A stretch of DNA of 33,356 bases from Octopus sinensis (taxonomy: Eukaryota). The notes below the pieces were generated by a model, which saw only the letters and a program-made list of their open reading frames with translations, did not search any database and was not told where the DNA came from. A program made the position numbers and the translations under genes. The stretch lies in contig NW_021824130.1 of the NCBI RefSeq assembly GCF_006345805.1, forward strand, positions 1 to 33,356, written 5' to 3'. This document shows positions 11,136-21,865 of this stretch, in pieces (position 1 is the stretch's first letter; the number at the start of each line of letters is the position of its first letter).

Positions 11136-13114
11136 TACAATAGTTTATTATTGTTTTACTTGTTTCGGTATTATAACCCAGTTTCATCCAGGTCTACGCG
11201 GGCCACATTTTAAAAGATCGAGAATGTTGCCCTGGAGGCCACGCGTTTCAAATGAGAAAACTCAAATTTGCTATGCAAACTCGCCAGCACTTTTGCCATA
11301 CGTGTGCAAATGTTCTGCTCAATCCACCACATATGCACGCATTATATATATACATACGCATTAAATATATATGTACATATATATGCATTATATACATACA
11401 CATCTACATGTATGCGCATTATGTATACAAATGTATACACATTATATATATGTGTGTGGGGGGGTATACACAAACATATATATTCAAATATCTATATATA
11501 CACTTTATATATATACACACATTATGTATATATATATATTTATACACATACACGCACACACATATATATAAATTAACATAATAAATATCTGTTTAATAAT
11601 ATCTGTTATCATTATTGTGCGGTGGTGGTAGGCGATAATAATGCACCGTTGTAAAAGCCCTGTAGCGGGAATATTTAAACTTCAAGAGAGTAAAATATAT
11701 TTCCGACACAATATAATTATTTACTATTTTATTCCTTTCCATTAATCACACTTGCGGCTGTCAACGCTTTCTCTCTATAGATACAGAAAGACGTACAAAG
11801 AGAGCGTGAGAGAGAGAGGACGAAAGAGAGAGGCTGGGCGAGAAAGAGCGGCAGAGACACAACGAATACGGAGAGGGAAAGAGAGTGAGTAGAAGCTGTC
11901 AAAAGTCGTTTTAGAGATAAACAGAAGGGAAGGGGGAAAGAGAGAGATGGAAGAAGAAAGGGTGATAACCGTAAGTGAGAGACAACAAACACTTGTGGAA
12001 GTCCGTTTAAAGACGATGAAGTTTCACTCTTTTTGCCATAGCAACGATATCTTTATAGCTTGCGAATTCTAACCATCGCGGATTTCATCCTCACCACGCA
12101 TTTAGTATCCCTGCTAATTTTCAGCTCGATCCTAGCCTCGGTTTGACCGCCATTAACCATCGAAGCAAATGTGTTTACAATTTTCGTCCAAGGACTGTTT
12201 TATAGATATATATATACAGGTAGAGAGAGAGAGGGAGTGAGAGAGAGAGAGAGAGGTAGGAATAGATAGATCGAAAAAAAAATAGATATAGATTAGAAAT
12301 AGGTACATTGTGTGAGTTATATATGGATATATATATGTGTGTGTGTGTGTGTGTGTATGTGTGTGTGTATGTATGTATATATGTATGTAACTATTCTAAT
12401 TTATATCTATATCTATATCTTTCTCTCTATCTCTCTATATCTTGTATATATATATATATAAGTATATATATATATATATAATATATATGAGTATATGAGT
12501 TTTTAAACTTTTGATCCAAAACATTAGTCATAAAAAAATATTATCTCTGACGAATGGACGCTTCATTCTTTCTGAATTACATCAAGAAATGTTTTTGCAT
12601 GCGCGTGTTTCAGTGATTGTTTTGCAACTGTGTTCTTGTTAGTCCTGATCCACCGATTGACTGCCTTCTTAAGCGTACACTGCATATATTAGACTACAAA
12701 ATGCACCGTGTGTTCCCATATTAATATTATTCTTTATTACCCAATTCTCATCGAACTATGTGTTTTTTGTATGAGATTGAATTTGGTTCAAAAGCGTTTG
12801 TCTTCTAATTTTTACCATGCTGAGTGATCTCATTAAGTATTACTTTGTTTGTTTGCCACTTGACAACATCTATACTTTAAGTGACTAGGGGCCGATTCTG
12901 TATTCTATGTGCATATGTCTACGTGTCTATGGATGTCTTTTAGAGTGAAATATCGCAGATTATTTCATTGATTCTAAATATTAAGATACATGATTTTGCT
13001 GGGAACAGTATGTTGTTCAGTTCCCTGTGTACCCAGCTTTGTTCCTGCGTACACGCAGTTCAAGCGAACTGTAGTTCAGATTGGATACGGACTTCCTATT
13101 ATTTATAAGCGAAG

Positions 13115-13506
13115 ATATGGCAGTGTGGATAAGAAACTTGCTATGTAACCGTGTGTTACACAGTGCACCATGTAACTGAGCGCCGCCTTGGGCAAATCTT
13201 CTATTATAGGCCATGGCCAACTAATACTTTGTGTGTGCGTGTGTGTGTGTTTGTGTGTGTGTAAGTGAGTGAATGTGTGTGTATGTGCACGTGCGATTCT
13301 TTATGTTTGTACTCCCACAGCACTTGACAAGCGGTGATGGTATGTTCACGTCCCCGTGATTTAGCACTTCATTAGAAGAGACCGTTGGAATAAGTACAAC
13401 ACTCAAGAAATTAATACTGGGGTTGCATTTTTTTCGATTAAACCCTCCAAAATTGTGCTCCAGCATGGCCGTAGTCTAATGACTGAAACGTGCAAAAGAT
13501 AAAAGG
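13115..13506 (+). mobile_element. Diverged SINE family B
   Basis: CCTTGGGCAAATCTTCTA, internal (TG)n and CTCCAGCATGGCCGTAGTCTAATGACTGAAAC. Confidence 0.75.
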
Positions 13507-14055
13507 CAAATATGATACATATTTATGTGTTTCTATGCGAATTTGCTGTATCGTTGACCAGGCTGCGAATTAGCTGAATCATAAAAACGTGAGATATGAC
13601 ATATGATATATTATTTATTCCAGATGTTTCCACCAACGTCACCATTGTCTTTCATCTCTTCGTAGATGACAAATGAAGTATCCTTCCACTACGGTGAATT
13701 GGCTAGACTGTTGGAGCGTAAGACAAGATACCTTGTATCTGTTCTGTTTCTTCGTGTTTTACTTCCAAATCCTCCATCTGACTTAAGCCTTGTCTATTGA
13801 AGGTTTTTTGAAAAGTATTTTGGCATCGAATCCAGCTTTAATAAATGACAGGCAATGAAATTCCAGTGAATTCACAAAACTAATATAGTATGAGTTCGTA
13901 ATGATATAATACATCCGGGACCTGGGATAAATGTTTGATCGTGTGTCTTTGTGTGTGAGTATGTGTATTTGTGTGGACTTTTATATATGTGTAATCATAT
14001 TTGTGTATGTGTTTGTCTGTGTCTGTGTGTGCATATATATATATATGTGTGTGTT

Positions 14056-14086
<31 letters not shown>

Positions 14087-14645
14087 ATATACATATATCT
14101 ATACATATATATATATACATATACATATACATATATATTATATATATATATATATATATACATCAAGTGGGAAAAGAAATATTTATATATATAAATAACA
14201 TCAAATTAAGAGAATATTAATATATATATATATATATATATAATATATATATACAGAGAGATAGACAGAGAGAGTTAGAAGAGAGAGAAAGTATAATTTA
14301 CCCAAGCATTAAAAGGCTCGTATATTAGTCTATGAAACTTTATGTAGAATCAATACCAGTATTTAACAACCAGTGAAGTATGGATTTCTGATAGATATAC
14401 GACACCGCTTTTGATCATGGAGAAATAACTATAAATTGGAAAGCCAGTCGGTTTGTTTAGATCTTGCTCTCCATCAACATATACTCTGCTGCCGTAGCTG
14501 GTTCTTTTGATTACGTGCAAAACTAATGCGGTTAAGGAAGAAGAACGATGGTTCAGTCGCATTGTATATTTTATTGAGTGATGCAAAGGATGGTCAGCCA
14601 TCGTAATATTCGACAAAAGAGCAACGTAAAGCCGAATTAACTCAC

Positions 14646-14712
14646 AGTGATGCAACGTATAGCCAACTATCGAAATATTCGTTAAGCACACAGCGTAAAT
14701 TCAAATTAACTG
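14646..14712 (-). CDS. Candidate 67-nt internal coding exon of an unidentified host gene (GPCR TM3-like register)
   Basis: Minus strand: CTAAT branch-like motif, GTTTTCCTTTGCAG acceptor, GTGAGT donor; one open frame xVNLNLRCVLNEYFDSWLYVASL. No neighbouring exon confirmed. Confidence 0.3.
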
Positions 14713-14770
14713 CTGCAAAGGAAAACATCTAATTCCATATATTAGCCGTACTAAATCTACCACTTTGTGG

Positions 14771-15157
14771 TTATAAGATATAGAGAGAATACCAAACGAG
14801 TTCCCTATGGATACCGTATTTATTACAACGAGTGGCTTGTAAACGTATCTAACGAGCGAATGCGAGTTAGATACGTTTACAAGCCACGAGTTGTAATAAA
14901 TACGGTATCCATAGGGAATGAGTTTGGTATTTTATTGATTACACACGAATAAACGACCATTTTTTATTAACCCAATAACTAAATTCTTCACGTTTAGTTG
15001 TAACTTATGAATGACAAAAGTAGTGCCATCACCGTGACCTCGGGTCATCACCATGAATTGACCAATCAGAAGCAGCGCTGTCACCGTGACCTCGGGTCAT
15101 CACCATGGATTGACCAATCAGAAGCAGCGCTCGCAGTATCTGACATATGTTATATAC
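14771..15157. mobile_element. Non-autonomous fold-back element, possibly Crypton/Eulor-like
   Basis: Hairpin 14788-14931 with three GA/GA mismatches; two 52-bp tandem units (15029-15131) each with TGACC-TCG-GGTCA and GACCAATCAG; TTATA-like ends. Family assignment and boundaries are from recall and inference. Confidence 0.5.
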
Positions 15158-15914
15158 CAAAAATATCTCAAAGTGTTCTCACTCACATGTGTGTAATAAT
15201 GTAGGGTAACCCTCAAAAGCGTTAAGAACCACACATAGAAACGAACACAAGTTGCTGCATATATACATATTGACAATCGTACCCCGCTGCCTCTATATAC
15301 TTCAGTACCGATACTTCATTACGTATTTGTACTCGCCTCAATGAGTACAAACTTAAGTCGTCTCTGATTGAAATGCCATTGTGTTCAAAATTAACAGCCT
15401 AATTATATCAGTACCTATGGCACTTAATATGCATCAATGAATATCTAATCATATTATATAATTAGCTGAAATTGATAGATTCGTGATCCTATGATTTCCG
15501 TAATTGTATCTATGTGAATATGCTGTTTATAAAAATTATTGATTTCATGCGATGACATAAAGCTTCAAATTTATAGGGAAGGCAAATAATGTTGCGCCTT
15601 GTTCATGCAAAATGGACAGCGAGGCCATTACCGATATTAATGAAGGAAAATTTCTGGAACTAAAGACAGAGAGTCGCAGATGCAGCAACCCTTAATGAAT
15701 ACATAAAGTTTACGTATTTCTGTAGGTATTTATTTTTATCTTTGATGTAAAACCTCGCTGATCCCGGGAATTAGCTGTTATGTAATAATGTTGTTCTATC
15801 CTTGGATTGTGCATTACAGTAGATGCGAGGTGAATTCTATAAAAGACGACGAAGAAACGAGTCAACAAATTATGGAGCCAGATGGAACATAGCAAGATTT
15901 TGGGTGTGTAATTT

Positions 15915-16040
15915 AGATCAAGTGCCGAATCAGGCGGTGCGTTGAGTTCTTGGGCAAAATACTTTATTCCACATTGCTCCAGTCAACTCATCCGTAATGA
16001 ATTACCCTACGACGGACTGGTGTTCCATTCAGGAGAATTT
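15915..16040 (+). mobile_element. Degenerate CORE-like SINE fragment
   Basis: TTCTTGGGCAAAATACTTTATTCCACATTGCTCCAGTCAACTCA; a related minus-strand fragment lies near 24880-25000. Confidence 0.5.
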
Positions 16041-16155
16041 TTAGGTCTCAACAACCTATAAGCAACTGGAAGCGAGGTATCCGGCTTCAAAAGTCCTAGA
16101 ACGCGAGACAGTACTTCACACACGCCACTGGAAAAGGCACGATATCGTGAAACAT

Positions 16156-16510
16156 TTCTTATTTCTGTATTGTCCATAAGGGGCTAAACATAGAGGGTAC
16201 AAACAAGGGCAAAGGGATTAAGGCAATTGCATCGACCTCAGTGCGTAACTGGTACTTAATTTATCGACCCCGAAAGGATGAAGGGCAAAGTCGACCTCGG
16301 CGGAATTTGAACTCAGAACGTAACGGCAGACGAAATACCTATTTCTTTACTACCCACAAGGGGCTAAACACAGAGAGGACAAACAAGGAAAAACAAATAG
16401 ATTAAGTCAATTACATCGACCCCAGTGCGTAACTGGTACTTATTTAATCGACCCCGAAAGGATGAAAGGCAAAGTCGACCTTCGGCAGAATTTGAACTCA
16501 GAACGTAGCG
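16156..16510 (-). mobile_element. SINE family A, 5'-truncated dimeric copy with 15-bp TSD
   Basis: Two tandem monomers; GATATCGTGAAACAT (16141-16155) and GATCTCGTGAAACAT (16511-16525), one mismatch. Confidence 0.88.
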
Positions 16511-17325
16511 GATCTCGTGAAACATCTCTCTCAGTCCTTGAGTTACAAACGATGATTTCTTTATTTACAGATAACTTTGAGCAGGAAATAACGAGGCAAT
16601 CACTGAATTCATTACACTAGTGCATCAGTAAATATTTAACTTAATCATTTTATGTAGAATATATATACATTTGGTTAAGAGAAAGAAAATTTCAGATTCG
16701 TGTATGAAGAATATATAATTTAAATTTCTCTCCCCTTCTCCCTTTTTCTATCACTTTTGGGGAAAAAAATCTCTATTGGTCGATTCTTTATATGAATACA
16801 TTGACTAATCATAAAAGTCTACATTATGTAATTATGTAAATTTACTGAATCCAGGAAGCAGGATGTTATATTTATGAGCACAGAGTTATGTAGTGGTTAT
16901 TTTATATTTGCTTTATTTTATAGAACCATACACATCAAATATGCGTAGAGATAACTATTTAGACATGTGATTTATATATATACATGATAGAATCCCTGTA
17001 AATATTCATTTATGCATATAAAGATAATGTATGCATCAATACATATGTATATATGTATATGCATGTAGGTATATGTATATATGAATATGCACATATATAT
17101 ATGTATATGAACGTATATGTATCTATATGTGTGTGTATGTGTGTGTGTGTGCGCGCGTGCGCAGGAGCGTGCATGTGTATGTATATTTGCTAAAGTTTGT
17201 CAAGATGTTATTGCTGCAGGCTAATTTTCATGATGCACACATACGTATATACGAACAGACACACGTAGACACACATACATACGCGTCTATATACAATATA
17301 TATGCATATATACACACACACACAC

Positions 17326-17377
<52 letters not shown>

Positions 17378-17963
17378 CATATGTATATTTATATATATAA
17401 TATATATATATATATACATACATATGTATATTATACATACATATATATATATATGTATATATATATATCGAGAACAAGCCGGTGTAATCTATCCTGAGCA
17501 TAAATGGCGGCAACACATGCGTTATGTCGCTCATTAGAATAAGATTTAAAGCCGAATTAAAACACTGCTGTTGTTGCTATGGTTATATTATAATTATCAG
17601 GATCAATAATATTCTCTGCAATATGTTGATAACATTAGCGAGACCGATAAATGTTCATCTAGTCGTGTTTATGTGTAAGTCTTTCTGTGTACGTTAATAT
17701 ATATGAGCGTGTGCTTGTGTGTATTTGTGCGTTAGGCAACGATTCTCAGTTCCTCTTCCATAGGTTTCACCCTCATTTGCTGTAATGTTTCTCTATCTAA
17801 TTATGCTCCAAAATTCCGTATTTTTTTAAGGGTAAAATTACGTATAAATATATTTTTGATTTTAGTATTTTATTTGCAAATATGTGTATTTATGTGTAAA
17901 CAGGGTGATGCATTATCTGACAGCTATAAGTTCTAACTGTGTTTATCACATCCAGTCTCCATG

Positions 17964-17994
<31 letters not shown>

Positions 17995-18185
17995 ACATAG
18001 GGAGAATTCGCGAAAAAAACAAAAGGCGAAGAAAGGTGGTGTAGAAAAGAAACAGATGCATTGGTATAACGCTCGGGAATTGAAAAAGTCTTTTACGTTT
18101 CGAGCCTACGCTCTTCCACAGAAAGGAACACAGAGAGAACCAAGGAGAAAAAAATGTGTGTAGCGGCTACCGATCTCTCTCTCTT
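17995..18185 (-). mobile_element. Solo PLE terminal-repeat-like remnant with hammerhead-like motif (18090-18125)
   Basis: Minus strand CTTT-CTGTGGA-A-GAGC-GTAG-GCTC-GAA-ACGT-A-AAAG; flanks align with 32090-32310. Confidence 0.75.
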
Positions 18186-18814
18186 TCTCTCTCTCTATAT
18201 ATATATATATGTGGGGGGTGTATGTATGTATGCATGTATGTATATAGATAGGTTGATAGTTAGGCAGATAGATATAAGGCAAATAAAAAAATTAAGTGGA
18301 TAAACAATTGACAAACATCAGCCTGTAAACAGGCTGACCAATTAAATTGTAGGATTGAGTTTTGACCTCACCCTACTACACATAGGGATATTGGGATTAG
18401 GGTTCTGTTAATAAGTAACAAATAATAACATCGCACTAAGGTTTTACCTTATTTTATCATTCATTGATATACTTATGTATTGAATCTCCCCAAACAGGCC
18501 CAATTTATATTAATTCTGCCAGCTCCTTTTATAATGCTTTATCTATCAAATAGTAGTTAGGCTGTAACTTCTGACCCCTGTGACTGTGACATGGACCATA
18601 CCATTAACTCACTAGTCAACATCTTGCCCTCGCTATTTCCTCAGTATATTTGACACCCGACGTAACCCACGGCCTGCGTAAATTTCTCCTGAAAGGGACT
18701 TCATTTACCATAAGATGGAATACCATGAATTATAATAGCACCTTAAAATTAAGTTCTTCCCATAGAAAAACTCTTATATATTTGCAAGGAAGCCTTCACT
18801 TCCGTCGCATCCTG

Positions 18815-18871
18815 GTGTTTACCGCCCGTTGACAAGGGACAAAAATCCCGAAACTAGTCCGAGCGTATCAC
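18815..18871 (+). ncRNA. Type I hammerhead ribozyme, U3-A8 core variant
   Basis: Stem I CGCCCG/CGAGCG (one mismatch, extendable), core UUGACAA, stem II GGGA/UCCC with 6-nt loop, GAA, palindromic ACUAGU, GUC site; predicted cleavage after 18859. Confidence 0.8.
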
Positions 18872-19122
18872 TCAGGCTTGCGAGGAAGGGATGGCCTCCC
18901 TTTGCAAATACTTCAAGGGCACTGATATGGTGTCTAAAGCCGCTAGAGACGGCGATCTTTGGGGCTTATAAAGCTACATTAACACCCCCTCCCCTATGTG
19001 GTTAGCATGAAAGATGGCTTCTATACTTTTCATTTGTTACTATTTCTATTATAATATTTTTATATTATTTTGCTCTATTATTTTAACTTACTTTCCCACA
19101 TCTTAGTTTCCAAACATTTGGT

Positions 19123-19254
19123 CTCTCTGATGAAGCCTTGGGGATCATCTGTTGTCCAATTCATGTCCAATGTTTGTTCATCCCTGTAAATCACTGGCGT
19201 GGAGAGGATAACTTGGAAGATTTGGCAGCCCCATGGTAGAAACAGCTGTAAGGG
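19123..19254 (+). ncRNA. Type I hammerhead ribozyme with long stem II insertion
   Basis: Stem I CUCU/AGGG, core CUGAUGA (19127-19133), stem II GCCUUGGGG/CCCCAUGGU (8/9 pairs) around an 85-nt insert, GAA, palindromic ACAGCUGU, GUA site; predicted cleavage after 19250. Confidence 0.65.
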
Positions 19255-19639
19255 TTTAGTATTTGTACACTCATCTATTCTTATTCGTTTATTTCCATTT
19301 ATATATTTCTTCACTTATTTATTGGCTTATTTCATTTATTTACCTGGATTACTTACACATATGATTGTAATCAATTAATAAATAGATATAATTGAATGTT
19401 TACAGGCTGATGTTTGTCGATTATTTATCCTCTCCATTTTCTTATTTGCCTTATAAATCCTGGGTAAATTTCTAATTTGCCCCCACCCATACATAGTATT
19501 CAATTGCGATATTGCCCTGCAATAGTAAGCACTTGGTTATAAATACTTAGGTATACATCCAGTAGTATAATGGATATTTAATATCCCTTAGATGGTTACT
19601 TAACCTCTAACTTATACAGACATGTGTGTGTGTGTGTGT

Positions 19640-19790
19640 GTGTCACATTCCATCTACCAAATCCACAAAGGTTTGGTCAGCCCGAGGCTGTAGCACTTGC
19701 CGAAGCTGTCAGGCAGTGGGGCTGAACCTGGAACTAAGTGGTTGGGAAGCAAAACCCTTACCACACACCTAACACATGCGTATATACATA
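19640..19790 (-). mobile_element. SINE family B 5' part, diverged
   Basis: CATCTACCAAATCCAC...GGTCAGCCCGAGGCTGTAG...GCTGAACCTGGAAC is the reverse complement of the family B head and body. Confidence 0.75.
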
Positions 19791-19831
19791 CATGCAAAAC
19801 ATATATACATACATACATACATACATACATG

Positions 19832-19874
<43 letters not shown>

Positions 19875-19955
19875 CTATATTATACAGGGTGTCCTCAAAA
19901 ATGTATCCCCACACTGAATAATTATTAATCAGTATTCATTAAAATACATTACAAT

Positions 19956-20359
19956 AAGGCGACGAGTTGGAAGAAATGTTAGCACGCCGGGCAAAATGCT
20001 TAGCGGTATTTCGTCTGCCGCTACGTTCTGAGTTCAAATTCCGCCGAGGTCGACTTTGCCTTTCTTCCTTTCGGGGTCGATTAAATAAGTTCCAGTTACG
20101 CATTGGAGGTCGATATAATCGACTTAATCCGTTTGTCTGTCCTTGTTTGTCTTCTCCGTGTTTAGCCCCTTGTGGGTAATAAAGAAATAGATATTTCGTC
20201 TGTCTTTACGTTCTAAGTTCAGATTCCGCCGAGGTTGACCTTGCCTTTCATCCTTTTGGGATCAATAAATTAAGTACCAGTTGCGTACTGGGGTTCGATC
20301 TGATCGATTGGACCCCCACTCCTCCCAAAATTTCAGGCCTTGTGCCTAGAGTACAAAAG
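19956..20359 (+). mobile_element. SINE family A heterodimer with 18-bp TSD
   Basis: TSD ATTAAAATACATTACAAT at 19938-19955 and 20360-20377; monomer 1 ends with the GTGGGTAATAAAGAAAT tail, monomer 2 with the CCCAAAATTTCAGGCCTTGTGCCTAGAG tail seen at 32845-32886. Confidence 0.92.
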
Positions 20360-20529
20360 ATTAAAATACATTACAATTTTAAAACGTAGCTGAATCAAGA
20401 GGCAGAATTTGAATTTTCTATGAACGCCTGTTTTCAAACAAATAACTGTTCTGCTCCCTATGCAGCTGATAACACGAACGAATAGAATCATAAACATGAA
20501 AATCTCTTTCGTTTCATATATCATGTAGC

Positions 20530-20695
20530 ATTTTGTCCGGTTCATTTACGTTCGAAGTTCTAATCCGGCAGAGGTCAACTTTGTTTTTCATTCTTTCGGG
20601 GGCTATAAAATAAAGTGCTAATCAAGTTATGAGGTCGATTTAATCGACCAATTCCTTCGCAAATTTCTGGTTCCGCGCCAAAATATGAAACCCTT
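20530..20695 (+). mobile_element. Old SINE family A fragment
   Basis: Degenerate GAGGTCAACTTTGTTTTTCATTCTTTCGGGGG central domain. Confidence 0.6.
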
Positions 20696-21091
20696 GTTTC
20701 TAACGATGGCCTTCACGCAATCTGTGGCACTCTATCACTTACGACGATGTGGCCTCAAAATGATCCGATCAACGGAACAGACTGCTCGTGAAATTAACGA
20801 GTAAGTGGCTGAGCACTGCACTGACACGTGTACTCTTAACGTAGTTCTCGGGGAGATCCAACGTGACACAGTGTGTGACAAGGCTGGCCCTTTGAAATAC
20901 AGGTAGAACAAAAACAGGAAGTGTGAGAGAAAGATGTAGTGAAAGAGTTCAGCAGAGTTCGCCCATATCCCTGCCGGAGCATCGTGGAGCTTTAGGTGTT
21001 TTCACTCAATAAACACAACGCTCGGTCTGGGAATCGAAACTGCGATCCCATACAGCGAGTTCATTGCCCTAACCACTGGGCCATTGCACCT
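20696..21091 (-). mobile_element. SINE family C, second copy with a different 3' tail
   Basis: Homologous to 9370-9676 from TTAACG to the tRNA head. Confidence 0.8.
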
Positions 21092-21239
21092 CCACCTTCA
21101 ACTAATACAGAGTATATAAACGCACACGACGGAGACTTTCGTGCACTAGAAACTATGCCATCATTATGGAATATACACATATCGCATTAGTTTTCATGTG
21201 ATGAATTCTCAACTCGTACTCAACATCAACCCTGAAAGT

Positions 21240-21530
21240 ATGAGATGCAAAGTCGGAATTTGAACTCAAGACGTAAAACCAGTAGAAATACCGCTGAGCA
21301 TTTTCCTGGCGTGATGAAACTTCTAGCAATTTACTGCCTTAGACACAATGCCTGGAATTTTGGGAGTAGAGAATAGTCGCTTACATCCACCCCAGTGTTC
21401 AACTGATACAATGTTCATCGACCCCGCAATGATGAATGGCTAAGTGGAGCTCAGTGGAATATGAACTCAGAACGCGGAGGAAACGCCGCTAATGGTTTTC
21501 TCTGACTAGCTATCAGTTTGCTGCCTTCAT
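21240..21530 (-). mobile_element. Two old SINE family A fragments
   Basis: GGAATTTGAACTCAAGACG (about 21255) and CATCGACCCCGCAATGATGAA...GAACTCAGAACG (about 21415-21475). Confidence 0.55.
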
Positions 21531-21547
21531 CTATATCCGTTTTGTTC

Positions 21548-21548
<1 letters not shown>

Positions 21549-21613
<65 letters not shown>

Positions 21614-21799
21614 CTTGATATGAGATCCCCATGTCGCGCTCATATGGTTGTGATGCATGTTCCTGGTGTACCCTTATCAGACGGGTAGTCATGATGGGTA
21701 TACTGGGCTTCGTATATTTTACCCCAATGTCACTTTGATGGCATGCACTGCTCTCTCTCTCTCTCTCTCTCTCTCAATAACAATAATAATAATAATAAA

Positions 21800-21862
<63 letters not shown>
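21549..21862. repeat. Two (AAT)n arrays around a short retroelement-like tail
   Basis: (AAT)n at about 21549-21612 and 21776-21862; the intervening 21620-21775 ends in (CT)n(AAT)n, like a retroposon 3' tail. Confidence 0.8.

Positions 21863-21865
<3 letters not shown>

Larger units (their letters stand above)
18273..19455. mobile_element. 1.18-kb cassette bounded by 59-bp inverted repeats, containing two hammerhead motifs (probable PLE derivative)
   Basis: 18273-18331 versus reverse complement of 19397-19455: 53/59 identical by hand alignment; CAGCCTG-TAAA-CAGGCTG hairpin at the inner end of the left arm. Confidence 0.7.

Noticed and set aside
14372-14427. Plus-strand ISDRY, resembling the GPCR DRY motif
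   Set aside because: Opposite strand to the TM3-like exon, no hydrophobic helix before it, and an early stop.
14350-14691. 113-aa minus-strand ORF
   Set aside because: No recognisable domain; it is in a different frame from the splice-supported candidate exon.
18605-18650. Minus-strand CTGAGGA ... GACTAGTG, hammerhead-like
   Set aside because: GAAA is incomplete and neither stem I nor stem II pairs convincingly; at most a decayed remnant.
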